This document shows positions 19,776-30,664 of a DNA stretch of 64,000 nt, piece by piece. This DNA comes from Bacillales bacterium (lineage in GTDB: Bacteria; Bacillota_I; Bacilli_A; RF39; UBA660): positions 25,153 to 89,152 of the forward strand of contig JAEELI010000002.1 of NCBI GenBank assembly GCA_016288795.1, written 5' to 3'. The first letter of the stretch is position 1; each line of letters opens with the position of its first letter. The notes under the pieces were generated by a model. It saw only the letters and a list, made by a program, of their open reading frames with translations. It was not told where the DNA came from and made no database searches. Both the position numbers and the translations under genes were made by a program.

Positions 19776-20894
19776 TTGGAAATGAGCAAATATAATTGGA
19801 CAGAAGATGATTTAAGGAATTGCCTTAATAAATTACATAGACTTTTAAAAAAGGAAAAAGATCCCGATAGAATCGAATTAATAAATGTTGATATTAATTC
19901 ATTAAATTCTCTTTTAAGTGATGAGATGAATAAAAAAGATAATACACCTAAGTTATTGGAATTATATAGATGGGCTAAAGAAGATTATCACGAGTTTGAA
20001 TTCTTAAAACCAGCTTTTGTTGAATTCTATGATGTGGTTTCTAAAAATAACGGCTATGATGAAGTGAATTTCAAAAAAATCAGTTTATCAAAGAAAGATA
20101 TACTTTCTATTACTCACGATTTTTATAAAAGTTTAGGTCATTACTTTTTTAGCAACTTCATGAGAGTTTTTTACAGAAGAAAAGATCATACTCGTTTTAA
20201 TAATTCTCTTGAAGATTATGACTACCGAGGCGCAACTTTCTACGTTCTATCATTAAAAGAATCTTTTATTGAAATTAATCGTGATTTTTCTGCCCTAGAT
20301 ATTTTAACTTCAATTCATGAATATATGCATGCCACTAGCGCAGTTATTAATCCTGGACATATGTCAGATGAAAAAAACATATATTCCGAAATAGACCCTT
20401 TATTTATCGAATTGATTGCTTATGATTATTTAGAAGATTTATTTAATGATGGAACTGCTACTAAATTAAGATATCTAACTCATTTAGATAGAGTTGAAGA
20501 AAGTTATGACTTACAATCTTTATTTAAAGTGATGGATTATGAAAAAGGATTAAAAAAAGAATTTACAACAAATAAAGAATTAAAAGATGCAGGAATGGAA
20601 TGTAATATATTGGATGTTGAATTAGAAAATATTTTATATTATCCAAATGTTGATTCTGAAAAATATGTAACAAGTTATATGTTTGCTGTGGAACTATATA
20701 GTTTATATAAAGAAGATAAAGAAAAAGCATTGAATTATTTAAAACAAATACTTTTAATGAAGAAAATGAGTCCAGAGCAATATTATTCAAGAATTAAAAG
20801 TTTAGGATTATATCCAAATAATTCTATTAGAACTTTTCATAAAGAATTAATTGCTGAGACTAATAGATTAGTCAGAACAAAAAAACAGGATTAA
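19776..20894 (+). CDS. Hypothetical protein with zincin motif (M3-like metallopeptidase)
   Basis: HEYMH plus downstream SE...FIE. Confidence 0.55.
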   Translation: MEMSKYNWTEDDLRNCLNKLHRLLKKEKDPDRIELINVDINSLNSLLSDEMNKKDNTPKLLELYRWAKEDYHEFEFLKPAFVEFYDVVSKNNGYDEVNFKKISLSKKDILSITHDFYKSLGHYFFSNFMRVFYRRKDHTRFNNSLEDYDYRGATFYVLSLKESFIEINRDFSALDILTSIHEYMHATSAVINPGHMSDEKNIYSEIDPLFIELIAYDYLEDLFNDGTATKLRYLTHLDRVEESYDLQSLFKVMDYEKGLKKEFTTNKELKDAGMECNILDVELENILYYPNVDSEKYVTSYMFAVELYSLYKEDKEKALNYLKQILLMKKMSPEQYYSRIKSLGLYPNNSIRTFHKELIAETNRLVRTKKQD

Positions 20895-20908
20895 ATCCTG
20901 TTTTTTTA
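20880..20908. terminator. Bidirectional intrinsic terminator
   Basis: AAAAACAGGA-TTAAA-TCCTGTTTTT between convergent genes. Confidence 0.7.
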
Positions 20909-22669
20909 TTCTACGGTAACTGATTTAGCTAAATTTCTTGGTTTATCAATATCACATTTACGTAATTTAGCTACTTCATAAGCAAGTAATTGCAATGGAA
21001 TTACGGTTACTATAGGTTGAACTATATCATGAACTTTAGGTATAACTATTTTTTGATTATAGAAATCATCTTCTATATCTTCATTGGTTACTAATAAAAC
21101 ATAAGCATGTCTTGCTTTAACCTCTTTTAAATTACTAATAGTTTTGCCAATAATGCTTTCTTTAGTACAAACACCAATAACTGGAGTTCCTTCATCAATT
21201 AAAGATATTGTTCCATGTTTTAATTCTCCAGCTTGGAAAGCTATGCTATTGATATAAGAAGTCTCTTTTAATTTTAAACTTCCTTCTAAACATAAAACAT
21301 AATCTACTAATCTACCAATAAAGAATACATTATCGTGTTTATAAATTGTTTTAGCAATCCTTTTATAATCTTTTTCTAAAACTATATCTAATTCTTTATC
21401 AATATCAAATTCTTTCAATAATTCTGTTTTATTAGATAGTTTTATAGCAAGCAATGCTAGAAGCGTTGCTTGCGCAACAAACGCTTTTGTTGTTGCAACT
21501 GCAATCTCAGGTCCAGCTTTTATGTATAAAGTCCATAAAGCTTCTCTTGCAATAGATGATCCCACTACATTAACTATAGCCAAAGTATCAATACCATCTT
21601 CTTTAGCTTTCCTTAGGGCTGCAAGTGAATCAGCAGTTTCTCCAGATTGACTAATAATTATTACTAAGGTTTCTTTATCATAAAAGTTATCTTTATAACG
21701 ATATTCACTAGCAACCTCTACATATACTGGAATATGGGCATATTCTTCAATTAAATATTTAGCTATATAACCAACATAATAAGCAGATCCACAGCCCACT
21801 ATATGAATGTTTTTATACTTTTTAAAATCTGGCATAGTTTTCTTAAAACTATTTTTTTCTACATAATAATTAAAAGTATCTTGAACAACTTTTTTGCTTT
21901 CATGAATTTCCTTTAACATGTAATGTTCATATCCATTTAATTCAGCAGCATTTCTACTTCCTTCAAATGTATAAATATCTTTCTTTTGCTTAACTAAATC
22001 TTTATTATAAACTTCATAATTATCTTTAGTTAATTTAACTATTTCATCTTCATCTAATAAAACATATTTATTTGTCCAATCTAAGATTGCAGGAACATCA
22101 CTAGCTAAGTAATAACCATTTTTATCTTTAGCTACGATTAATGGACTTCCACATCTAGTCGCATAAATACTATTTAAATCATCATCACAAATAATTCCTA
22201 AAGCATATGAACCAGTTAATTCGCCAATAGTCTTAGATATAGTTTTCAATATATCTTTTTCTTTTTTATAATTATAATCTAATAATCCTGCAACTATTTC
22301 TGAATCAGTTTCTGTTTGAAAACTATATCCTTCCTTGATTAATTTTTCTTTAATTGAAACATAATTTTCAACAATACCATTATGAACTATTGTCCATTTA
22401 CCTACACGATGAGGATGTGAATTAACTTTACTAACTTCTCCATGAGTAGCCCATCTAGTATGGCCTATACCCATATTAGTATTTTCATCTAGATTGATCT
22501 TCTCCTCTAGATTTTTAATTCTTCCTATTTCTTTTTCGATAAATACTTTGTTATCTTTAACGAAAGATAACCCAGCAGAATCATACCCCCTATATTCTAA
22601 TAGCTTCAAGCCATTAATAATTCTAGGTAAAGCTTTATCTTCACCTATATAACCAACAATTCCACACAT
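20906..22669 (-). CDS. glmS: Glutamine-fructose-6-phosphate aminotransferase
   Basis: MCGIVG, EYRGYDSAG, HTRWATHG, SQSGET, PRNLAKSVTVE. Confidence 0.98.
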   Translation of the reverse strand: MCGIVGYIGEDKALPRIINGLKLLEYRGYDSAGLSFVKDNKVFIEKEIGRIKNLEEKINLDENTNMGIGHTRWATHGEVSKVNSHPHRVGKWTIVHNGIVENYVSIKEKLIKEGYSFQTETDSEIVAGLLDYNYKKEKDILKTISKTIGELTGSYALGIICDDDLNSIYATRCGSPLIVAKDKNGYYLASDVPAILDWTNKYVLLDEDEIVKLTKDNYEVYNKDLVKQKKDIYTFEGSRNAAELNGYEHYMLKEIHESKKVVQDTFNYYVEKNSFKKTMPDFKKYKNIHIVGCGSAYYVGYIAKYLIEEYAHIPVYVEVASEYRYKDNFYDKETLVIIISQSGETADSLAALRKAKEDGIDTLAIVNVVGSSIAREALWTLYIKAGPEIAVATTKAFVAQATLLALLAIKLSNKTELLKEFDIDKELDIVLEKDYKRIAKTIYKHDNVFFIGRLVDYVLCLEGSLKLKETSYINSIAFQAGELKHGTISLIDEGTPVIGVCTKESIIGKTISNLKEVKARHAYVLLVTNEDIEDDFYNQKIVIPKVHDIVQPIVTVIPLQLLAYEVAKLRKCDIDKPRNLAKSVTVE

Positions 22670-22696
22670 ATATACTCCTTCTAGATGAATAAGTGA

Positions 22697-24004
22697 CTAA
22701 AATGGTAATTTCATTTTACCATTACTCATATTTTTCATCATATCCTTCATCATATCAAATTGTTTTAATAATTTATTTACTTCTTCAACCGATCTACCAC
22801 TACCCTTAGCAATTCTTTGCTTACGAGTTGCTTTTAGAACCTCTGGATGCCTTCTTTCATAAGGGGTCATAGATAATATAATTGCTTCAATATGAGCCAT
22901 ATCTTTTGGATCTATAGAAACATTATTAAGTCCCATATTACGAGCCCCAGGCATCATTTTTAACAAATTTTCTAGTGGCCCAAGTTTTTTTATTTGTTTT
23001 AAATTTGTTAAGAAATCTTCTAAGTTATAAGTCCCTTTTTTCAATTTATCAGTTTGGGCCTTAGCGTCATCTTCCGAGACAACCCCTTCAACTTTTTCAG
23101 CAATAGAAAGAATATCTCCCATATCTAAAATTCTTTCCGCCATTCTTTCAGGATAGAATTCAGATAATCCATCCATTTTTTCAGAATCACCAACAAATTT
23201 AATTGGGACATTTGTAAGATGTCTTAATGATAAAGCTACACCACCTTTAGTATTTCCATCCATTTTAGTTAGAATACATCCAGTTAATTTTAAAGTATCA
23301 TTAAAACCATTAATAACATTTATAGCGTCTTGTCCCATCATTGCGTCCAACACTAAAATTGTTTCATTTAATTCTATATTATCTGCAATAGAAACTAACT
23401 CTTGCATTAATTCTTCATCTATTTGTAATCTACCAGCTGTATCGATAATTACATAATCCAAATTATTTTCTTTTGCGTGCTCAATACCATTTTTTACTAT
23501 TTGTAAAACATCTTTGCTGTCCTCTTTCCAAACAGGAATATTTAAAGAATCTCCTATTTGTTGTAATTGAGTTATTGCCGCAGGACGATAAACGTCTCCT
23601 GCTATTAAAAGAGGTTTACGATTATACTTTTTACGTAGTAAATTAGCAAGTTTACCAGCTGTAGTAGTTTTACCACTACCCTGTAATCCACATAACATAA
23701 CTATAGCAAACTTTGAAGAAGTATCTAAAGGTGCCCATTCTTCACCTAACAATGCTACTAATTCATCTTTTACTATCTTTATAAATAATTCATCTGGTTT
23801 TAAACTTTTAGATACTTCACTACCTAAAGCTTTTTCTTTTACCTTACTAGTAAACTCTTTAACAACATTGTAGTTTACATCCGCTTCTAATAATGCCATT
23901 CTAATTTCTTTCATCGCATCATTTATATTAGCTTCAGTTATTTTCCCCATTCCTCTAATCGACTTAATCGCATTAGATAGTCTATCTCCCATATATTCGA
24001 ACAT
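22697..24004 (-). CDS. ffh: Signal recognition particle protein
   Basis: LLEADV, GLQGSGKTT, DTAGR, M domain. Confidence 0.97.
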   Translation of the reverse strand: MFEYMGDRLSNAIKSIRGMGKITEANINDAMKEIRMALLEADVNYNVVKEFTSKVKEKALGSEVSKSLKPDELFIKIVKDELVALLGEEWAPLDTSSKFAIVMLCGLQGSGKTTTAGKLANLLRKKYNRKPLLIAGDVYRPAAITQLQQIGDSLNIPVWKEDSKDVLQIVKNGIEHAKENNLDYVIIDTAGRLQIDEELMQELVSIADNIELNETILVLDAMMGQDAINVINGFNDTLKLTGCILTKMDGNTKGGVALSLRHLTNVPIKFVGDSEKMDGLSEFYPERMAERILDMGDILSIAEKVEGVVSEDDAKAQTDKLKKGTYNLEDFLTNLKQIKKLGPLENLLKMMPGARNMGLNNVSIDPKDMAHIEAIILSMTPYERRHPEVLKATRKQRIAKGSGRSVEEVNKLLKQFDMMKDMMKNMSNGKMKLPF

Positions 24005-24006
24005 AA

Positions 24007-24309
24007 TTATTCTCCTTTAATTATCAGATTAATTCTTTCTTTTATTGTATCAATATTATCCAAATTAATTATATCCATTAAAATACTCTTATTTTTATAT
24101 ATATTCAATACTTTTTCATAATTTTCTAATTGCTTTTCACTATTTTTAATAATGATTCCTACCCTAGATTTAGATATATTCTTTATGTCTGCAATCTCTT
24201 GCATAGATAAGTTTTCGCCATAATATAAATCAAATATATCTCTAGCATTATCTTTTAACAAATCCTTATATATTAAATATAATTCATTATAGTATACAAA
24301 CTTTTCCAT
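24007..24309 (-). CDS. ylxM: YlxM family helix-turn-helix protein
   Basis: YYGENLSMQEIA; located between ftsY and ffh. Confidence 0.85.
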   Translation of the reverse strand: MEKFVYYNELYLIYKDLLKDNARDIFDLYYGENLSMQEIADIKNISKSRVGIIIKNSEKQLENYEKVLNIYKNKSILMDIINLDNIDTIKERINLIIKGE

Positions 24310-25301
24310 TAAACCATATCCTTAAATAAACCATAAATATAATTTTCTATATCAAATGGTTTTAAATCCGTCATTTTTTCCCCAAGGCCAATAAATTTAA
24401 CCGGAATATTAACTTCTTCTTTAATAGCTAAAACTATTCCTCCTTTAGCAGTTCCATCAAGCTTTGTTAAAACTATTCCTGTAATATCAGTAATCTCTTT
24501 AAAAGCCTCAGCTTGCATAATTCCGTTTTGACCAGTTGAAGCATCAATTACTAAAAGAGTTTCATGAGGAGCTCCCTTAATATGAGTTCCAATTACTTTA
24601 TTTATTTTTTCTAATTCTTTCATTAAATTAACTTTATTTTGCAATCTACCAGCAGTATCTATTAGTACAATATCAACATTTTCCTCTTTAGCTTTAACTA
24701 AGCCATCATAAATTACACTTGCAGGATCACTGCCTTCTTTCCCGTAGAAAAGAGATTTAGTTCTTTCGGCCCAAATTTCCAATTGCGAAACTGCTCCTGC
24801 TCTAAAAGTATCACCAGCAATCATCATTACTTTTTTGCCTTCAGATATATATTTATGAGCAAGTTTCGCTATGGTAGTGGTTTTGCCAACTCCATTTACG
24901 CCAACCATTAAAATTACAGTTGGACCATCTTCACTAATATTAATTTTATCTGATAAAGATTCTCCCTCAACATATATAACTAATAATTCATCTACTATGA
25001 CTTCTTTTAAATATTCTGTATCAGAAATACTCTCTTTTTTTACTCTATCACGTAATTTTTCCATGAACTTCATAACTGTATTAACACCAATATCAGCCAT
25101 GATTAAAAGATTTTCTAGTTCTTCAAAGTATTCTTCAGATACCTTAGTATACTTTATTCCTAATATATTTAATGAAGAAACAAAGTTATCTCTAGTCTTT
25201 TTTAAACCTTCATCATAATCTTTTATTTCCTCTAATTCTTCTTTATCCTTTACACTTTCTTTTTTTATTACAATACTTTTTAATTTATCAAATAATCCCA
25301 T
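24309..25301 (-). CDS. ftsY: SRP receptor FtsY
   Basis: GVNGVGKTTT, DTFRAGA, DTAGRLQ, TKLDGTAKGG. Confidence 0.97.
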   Translation of the reverse strand: MGLFDKLKSIVIKKESVKDKEELEEIKDYDEGLKKTRDNFVSSLNILGIKYTKVSEEYFEELENLLIMADIGVNTVMKFMEKLRDRVKKESISDTEYLKEVIVDELLVIYVEGESLSDKINISEDGPTVILMVGVNGVGKTTTIAKLAHKYISEGKKVMMIAGDTFRAGAVSQLEIWAERTKSLFYGKEGSDPASVIYDGLVKAKEENVDIVLIDTAGRLQNKVNLMKELEKINKVIGTHIKGAPHETLLVIDASTGQNGIMQAEAFKEITDITGIVLTKLDGTAKGGIVLAIKEEVNIPVKFIGLGEKMTDLKPFDIENYIYGLFKDMV

Positions 25302-25496
25302 AATAAGTATCCTCCTAATTAATAATAACAAATTTTACATTATTTTACTACATTTTTACAAAATAAAATAGTTACAAAACAAGTAATTATTCTTTTGAAA
25401 TGATTATAAAAATGATAATTTATGGACTTTTTTCATATTTTGTTGTATACTATTTAGTAGTTAAAGAACTTTTATATTAAAAGAAAGAGGGAAATT

Positions 25497-27173
25497 ATGA
25501 AAGATTCTCGCGCAACAAGCGTAGTGGCTTTAGGTGGTCTTGGTGAAGTTGGTAAAAACATGTATGTTATTACTCATGAAGACGAAATAATTATTATTGA
25601 TGCTGGAGTAATGTTTCCAGAAGTAGGTCTTTTAGGAGTTGACTATGTTATTCAAGATGTCACCTATTTAAAACAAAATGAAAAGAAAATTAAAGCATTA
25701 TTTATAACGCATGGTCATGAAGACCATATTGGGGGAATACCATTTTTATTAGCTCAAGTTCATATTCCAGTTATTTATGCTCCCAAAATAGCTAAAGATC
25801 TAATAGATAAAAAATTAGAAGAAAGAAATATTAAATACGATAATATTGAAGTTATAACTAAAGATTTAACAGTCAAATTTAAACACTTCCAATTAGAATT
25901 TGTTAATACTACTCACTCTATTCCAGATAGTTATGCTATTGTTATTAGAACTCCAAATGGAATTATTTTTGAAACAGGAGATTTTAAATTTGACTTAACT
26001 CCTATAGGGCCTATGGCTGATATTCATAAAATGGCTAGTTTAGGAAGCGAAGGAGTTGCACTACTATTAAGCGATTCAACCAATGCCTTATCTACTGGTT
26101 TTTCTAATAGTGAGTCTATAGTTGATGATACTTTAAATGATATAATTGGAAAGCATGTTGGTAGAGTTATTATTGCTACATTTGCTTCAAATATATATAG
26201 AATTAAACATATTGTTGAAACTTGTAAAAAATATAATCGTAAGATTGTAGCTTTTGGTAGAAGTATGGATGCTGCTATTGAACTAGCTTTAAATAATGGA
26301 CTTATTACTGATAAATCTATATTTATAGATGCTAATCAAGCTAAAAGTTTGAAAAGAACAGAGATTTGTATATTATGCACAGGTTCTCAAGGAGAACCAT
26401 TGGCTGCTTTATCTAGGATAGCTAATGGAACTCATAAACAAGTATCCTTACTACCTGATGATTTAGTTATATTCTCCTCTAGTCCTATTCCTGGTAATGC
26501 TGAAAGTATTAATAGAACAATTAATAAATTATATTTAAAGGGAGTAAGAGTTTATACTAATACAGAATTTAGTGATGTTCATACTTCAGGACATGCTAAA
26601 TTAGAGGAATTAAAATGGATGTTAAGAATTATTAAGCCAAAATTCTTTATGCCTATGCATGGTGAATTTAGAATGTTACAACAGCATACAAAGATTGCTG
26701 AAATGTGTGATATTCCAATAGAAAATACATTTATTTGTTCAAATGGTGAAGTTGTTGAATTATTAGATGGAAAAGCATATAAAAAAGGAACAGTTCCAGC
26801 CGGAGATGTATATGTTGATGGCTCAAGAGTTGGTGATGTTGGTTCTATAGTTATTAAAGATAGAAAGTTAATGAGTCAAGATGGTATATTAATTTCAATA
26901 TTAAATATTAATACTTTAACTAGAAAATTATTAATTAAACCTAATGTTACCGCTAGAGGCTTTGTTTTAGTAAATGAAAATCAAGAATTAATGAATAAAA
27001 TTGAAAATAAAATTGCTGACATTGTTAATAATTTCTTAAAAAACTCTATATATAACTATACTGACTTAAAAAATCAAATTATTTTAGAATTGTTACCTTT
27101 TATTAATGATTTAACTGGTAGAAGACCTATTATTCTTCCTGTTATAATGGAAGTTAATAAAAAAGAAGAATAA
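25497..27173 (+). CDS. rnjA: Ribonuclease J (J1-like, intact active site)
   Basis: GGLGEVGKN, HGHEDHIG, HSIPD, TGSQGEP, HTSGHA, HGEFR. Confidence 0.95.
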   Translation: MKDSRATSVVALGGLGEVGKNMYVITHEDEIIIIDAGVMFPEVGLLGVDYVIQDVTYLKQNEKKIKALFITHGHEDHIGGIPFLLAQVHIPVIYAPKIAKDLIDKKLEERNIKYDNIEVITKDLTVKFKHFQLEFVNTTHSIPDSYAIVIRTPNGIIFETGDFKFDLTPIGPMADIHKMASLGSEGVALLLSDSTNALSTGFSNSESIVDDTLNDIIGKHVGRVIIATFASNIYRIKHIVETCKKYNRKIVAFGRSMDAAIELALNNGLITDKSIFIDANQAKSLKRTEICILCTGSQGEPLAALSRIANGTHKQVSLLPDDLVIFSSSPIPGNAESINRTINKLYLKGVRVYTNTEFSDVHTSGHAKLEELKWMLRIIKPKFFMPMHGEFRMLQQHTKIAEMCDIPIENTFICSNGEVVELLDGKAYKKGTVPAGDVYVDGSRVGDVGSIVIKDRKLMSQDGILISILNINTLTRKLLIKPNVTARGFVLVNENQELMNKIENKIADIVNNFLKNSIYNYTDLKNQIILELLPFINDLTGRRPIILPVIMEVNKKEE

Positions 27174-27277
27174 AAACTGATAAAAAAATAATATCAGTTT
27201 TTTTACTATATATATAATATATATAGTAATATGCAAAATATATGATATAATACTATTATGAATAATAGGAGCAATGT

Positions 27278-30200
27278 ATGAAGAAGAGAAATAAAGGAAA
27301 AGAAAAAAAGCTTAATTCTACTCTACTAATTACTATTTTAGTTTTATTTTGTTGTGTCCTATTATCTTTAGGTTTTTCTTCATTTCAGGCAAATTTAGAT
27401 ATAAGTGGTATTGGTGCTTATTTCCGTATTCAAAAAGATATTAGAATTACTAATATAAGCGCTTCTAGTTTTGCTTCATCAGCTTATACCAACTGGGAAG
27501 AATTCAATGTTAGTAATATTAATGCTAGTATTGTTTTACCTAATCAAAACTCTACTGTTACTTATGACATTCCTGTTATAAATGTTGGTAATGTAGAAAT
27601 GGGAATATTAGATATAACTGGATTACCAAATAATTTAACATATTCTATTTCAAATTATAATTTAAAAGATACTTTATGTGATGACACAAATACTAATCAA
27701 TGTAAATTAGGATCAACTACTACTCTTCAAGTTACAATTGGTTATGCTCCTAATGGATATAATAGTAGTAATATTACTTATAATGTAAATATGGATTTTG
27801 ATTTTAGACAAGTATATTCACTAAATTATGTAGGTTTTTCAAACACTTCTAGTTTGCCTTCTACTATTTTAGATGGTGAAACTAAAAATATTACATTTAC
27901 TAATTCTACTGGTATTCCTGCCGATACTACAGTAACTAATGCTTCAGCGACTTATTCAAGTCCTACTCTAACGTTATCTAATGCTTCTGATAATGTTGTG
28001 GTTACAAGGAAGTTCTCTGTAACATATGTTGATTTTACTGGTGATACTTCAGGACTTATTTCAAGAATAGGACCTGAAGGTGGAACTATCGCATTCAATA
28101 GCACTACTGGTATTCCTGAATTTGTTTTAGTTAGTGGTGCTATAGGAAATTATAACTCAACCAATAATATATTAACTATATCTGATGTTACATCTAATGT
28201 TGTAGTTACTATGGCAACTGATGGAAATGTAGAGATTGTATCTATATCAAGGACTGATATATCTAATGTTACTGAAAATAATGCCCCAGTAATAACTAGC
28301 GATGGCCAAGGAATAACGTTTGATTTAGGTGTTACGGTTAACCAAAGCAACTATAATCAAGATTTCTTTATTAAATATGCTATTGATATCAATAATGATT
28401 CAGTATCAGAGCAAAAACTATTAGCGACTAATTTTACTCCAAGAATTGTTGGATCAGGTAATGTTCCTAACGTAACCTACACAATAACTGATGCTAATGG
28501 TAATCAAGTATTAAATTCTACGATACCACCTAAGACTACCGAAACATATTACTTAACTATTAACATTTATCCACAAGAACAAGGATCTTGGGGCGTTGAA
28601 GGAGAAACTTCTGTTGATACTGTAAAAAATGGTATCGTATCTGGTTCTATAGATGGAAGTAATCAAGGAAACTTAACCGGTTCTAATACTACTGCTCATT
28701 TTGTAGCTTCTGTAGTTAATTCATTCGACGAAACTAAAAGTTTCACACTTTCAATAGATGATAATAGATTTAGTATTGTAGACTCAAATGGAAATGCTAT
28801 TTCGGCAATGAGCATTACTGCAAATACAACTGATACATACGATTTCTATATTAAAAACAATAATGGCAACAACTTTATGTCATCGCCATGTGATTTAAAC
28901 GTTAATATTAATTATGATAGTAATGTTTCAAGTATTGGTGTTTTAAGCTTAAGTGTTGATGTTGATCCATCTCTTACTGATAGCACTCCACCAGTTATTA
29001 ATAATGTTACTGCTACTATTACAAGCACTCAAAAAGAAATACGAGTTTCTTGGAGTGGCTACGATGATAATCCTATAGATAAATACTATTTACAAATATA
29101 TTCTTCTGATGGAAATAATAATGATACATTTATTGATGAAGTAACTATAAATGGTGCTGCAAATAATACAGTTGTTAATTATACAGTTACGGTTCCAACC
29201 GATGATACCTACTATTTCTTTAAAGTTTATGGCGAAGATAGAGCCCAAGCTCATAATAAAGCTTCAGCTTCCGACATTTCAGGATGTTCACCAAGTTCAG
29301 GATATTGTTCAAAAACTACTACTGAAAAATATAAATGGAACTTTGAAGTTACTTTAGTTCTAACTAACGCTACATCAACAAATGGAACTACTACTACAAA
29401 TAATAATGTAAGAACCGTAAAATTTAATGTTCCATATGATGGTAATATCAATACTACCTTAAATGGTGCTGGAAATGATTATAACTCTCCATCATCTATA
29501 AGTTCTGCGACTATTACCTATGCAAATGGAACTACTTCTAACCTTCGAAGTGGTTCTTCTTCCCAAACAGCTTATAACTATAATACTAACTCACACGTTT
29601 TAAATGTTTACCATGTAATTGGAGATATAACAATTGAAGCATCCGGTGTTCAAACTCAAACCTGTTTAGCCGAAGGAACAAAAATACTACTGGCTAATGG
29701 TTCATCTAAAAACATTGAGGATATAGGATATGATGATTTGCTGGCGGTATGGAACTATGATACTGGAGAATTAACTTATGAATATCCATTATGGATTGAA
29801 AGCGAGCATATTTCCGATCAAGTTACAAGGGTTACATTCTCTGATCATTCTTATATAGACTTTGTTGGAAACCATGCTATTTATAATTCAGACATAGATC
29901 TATTTGTTAATATTCTTGATAATGAAAACTTTAAAATAGGAACTCATGTAGCAAAAATTAAAAACAATAAATTAGTTAATGTTTCTGTAACCAATATTGA
30001 AACTATTTATAAAAAGGTAAAATACTATTTTGTTGGTTCAACAACATACTATAATATTTTCGCAAATAATATTTTAACAACTGATAGAACCCTTATGATA
30101 TCTAACTTATATGGATTTGATAAAAATGCCAAGTGGCCAAAAGAAAAACATCAAATTCTCGCAAATAAAAACAATTTATTAGATTACTCGTATTTTGAAG

Positions 30201-30625
30201 ATGTTCTCCCATATTATTTATATAAAGGATTCAGAGTTCAAGAAGCAGGTTATTTAATTAATAATAAATTAGTAGATTTAGATACATTTAAGAAGTATAT
30301 ATATGGATTTATTATTAATCCTTCAATGATTACACCACCAATAACTAAGAATAATGACCGCTATTGGATGGTTACAACTAGTGAAGATATAATAACTGAA
30401 AATAATAAAGAAAAATATTTGAAAAAAGAAGGAAGCAAATATAAAGTTCCTAAGATTAATAAAAAGAACTTTAAAGGTTGGTTAAATACTGCTGACAACT
30501 TGATTTATAAGCCTGGTGATAAAATAGTTGTTAGTCACGGAATTCATTTAAAAGCAGTATATGATACAAAATTACATTTTGAAAAGAATTTACAAAAGAA
30601 AACAAATTATAAAATATTAAAATAA
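27278..30625 (+). CDS. Large surface protein: signal/TM, Ig/FN3-like repeats, Hint domain, C-terminal B-repeat-like segment
   Basis: N-terminal hydrophobic segment; FN3-like VSWSG...YYFFKVYGED; CLAEGTKILLANG at residue 796; FKGW...YKPGD...LKAVY. Confidence 0.8.
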   Translation: MKKRNKGKEKKLNSTLLITILVLFCCVLLSLGFSSFQANLDISGIGAYFRIQKDIRITNISASSFASSAYTNWEEFNVSNINASIVLPNQNSTVTYDIPVINVGNVEMGILDITGLPNNLTYSISNYNLKDTLCDDTNTNQCKLGSTTTLQVTIGYAPNGYNSSNITYNVNMDFDFRQVYSLNYVGFSNTSSLPSTILDGETKNITFTNSTGIPADTTVTNASATYSSPTLTLSNASDNVVVTRKFSVTYVDFTGDTSGLISRIGPEGGTIAFNSTTGIPEFVLVSGAIGNYNSTNNILTISDVTSNVVVTMATDGNVEIVSISRTDISNVTENNAPVITSDGQGITFDLGVTVNQSNYNQDFFIKYAIDINNDSVSEQKLLATNFTPRIVGSGNVPNVTYTITDANGNQVLNSTIPPKTTETYYLTINIYPQEQGSWGVEGETSVDTVKNGIVSGSIDGSNQGNLTGSNTTAHFVASVVNSFDETKSFTLSIDDNRFSIVDSNGNAISAMSITANTTDTYDFYIKNNNGNNFMSSPCDLNVNINYDSNVSSIGVLSLSVDVDPSLTDSTPPVINNVTATITSTQKEIRVSWSGYDDNPIDKYYLQIYSSDGNNNDTFIDEVTINGAANNTVVNYTVTVPTDDTYYFFKVYGEDRAQAHNKASASDISGCSPSSGYCSKTTTEKYKWNFEVTLVLTNATSTNGTTTTNNNVRTVKFNVPYDGNINTTLNGAGNDYNSPSSISSATITYANGTTSNLRSGSSSQTAYNYNTNSHVLNVYHVIGDITIEASGVQTQTCLAEGTKILLANGSSKNIEDIGYDDLLAVWNYDTGELTYEYPLWIESEHISDQVTRVTFSDHSYIDFVGNHAIYNSDIDLFVNILDNENFKIGTHVAKIKNNKLVNVSVTNIETIYKKVKYYFVGSTTYYNIFANNILTTDRTLMISNLYGFDKNAKWPKEKHQILANKNNLLDYSYFEDVLPYYLYKGFRVQEAGYLINNKLVDLDTFKKYIYGFIINPSMITPPITKNNDRYWMVTTSEDIITENNKEKYLKKEGSKYKVPKINKKNFKGWLNTADNLIYKPGDKIVVSHGIHLKAVYDTKLHFEKNLQKKTNYKILK

Positions 30626-30648
30626 CCTAGATACTAGGTTATTTTTTT
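30619..30648. terminator. Intrinsic terminator
   Basis: AAAATAACCTAG-ATA-CTAGGTTATTTTTTT. Confidence 0.7.
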
Positions 30649-30664
30649 ATCAAAAAAAGAAGCA

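Noticed and set aside
22670-22696. glmS ribozyme
   Set aside because: Only 27 bp separate ffh and glmS, leaving no room for it
29663-30090. True splicing intein or homing endonuclease
   Set aside because: No C-terminal HN plus C/S/T, no LAGLIDADG motifs, and the host is a surface protein, so a Hint/BIL domain fits better
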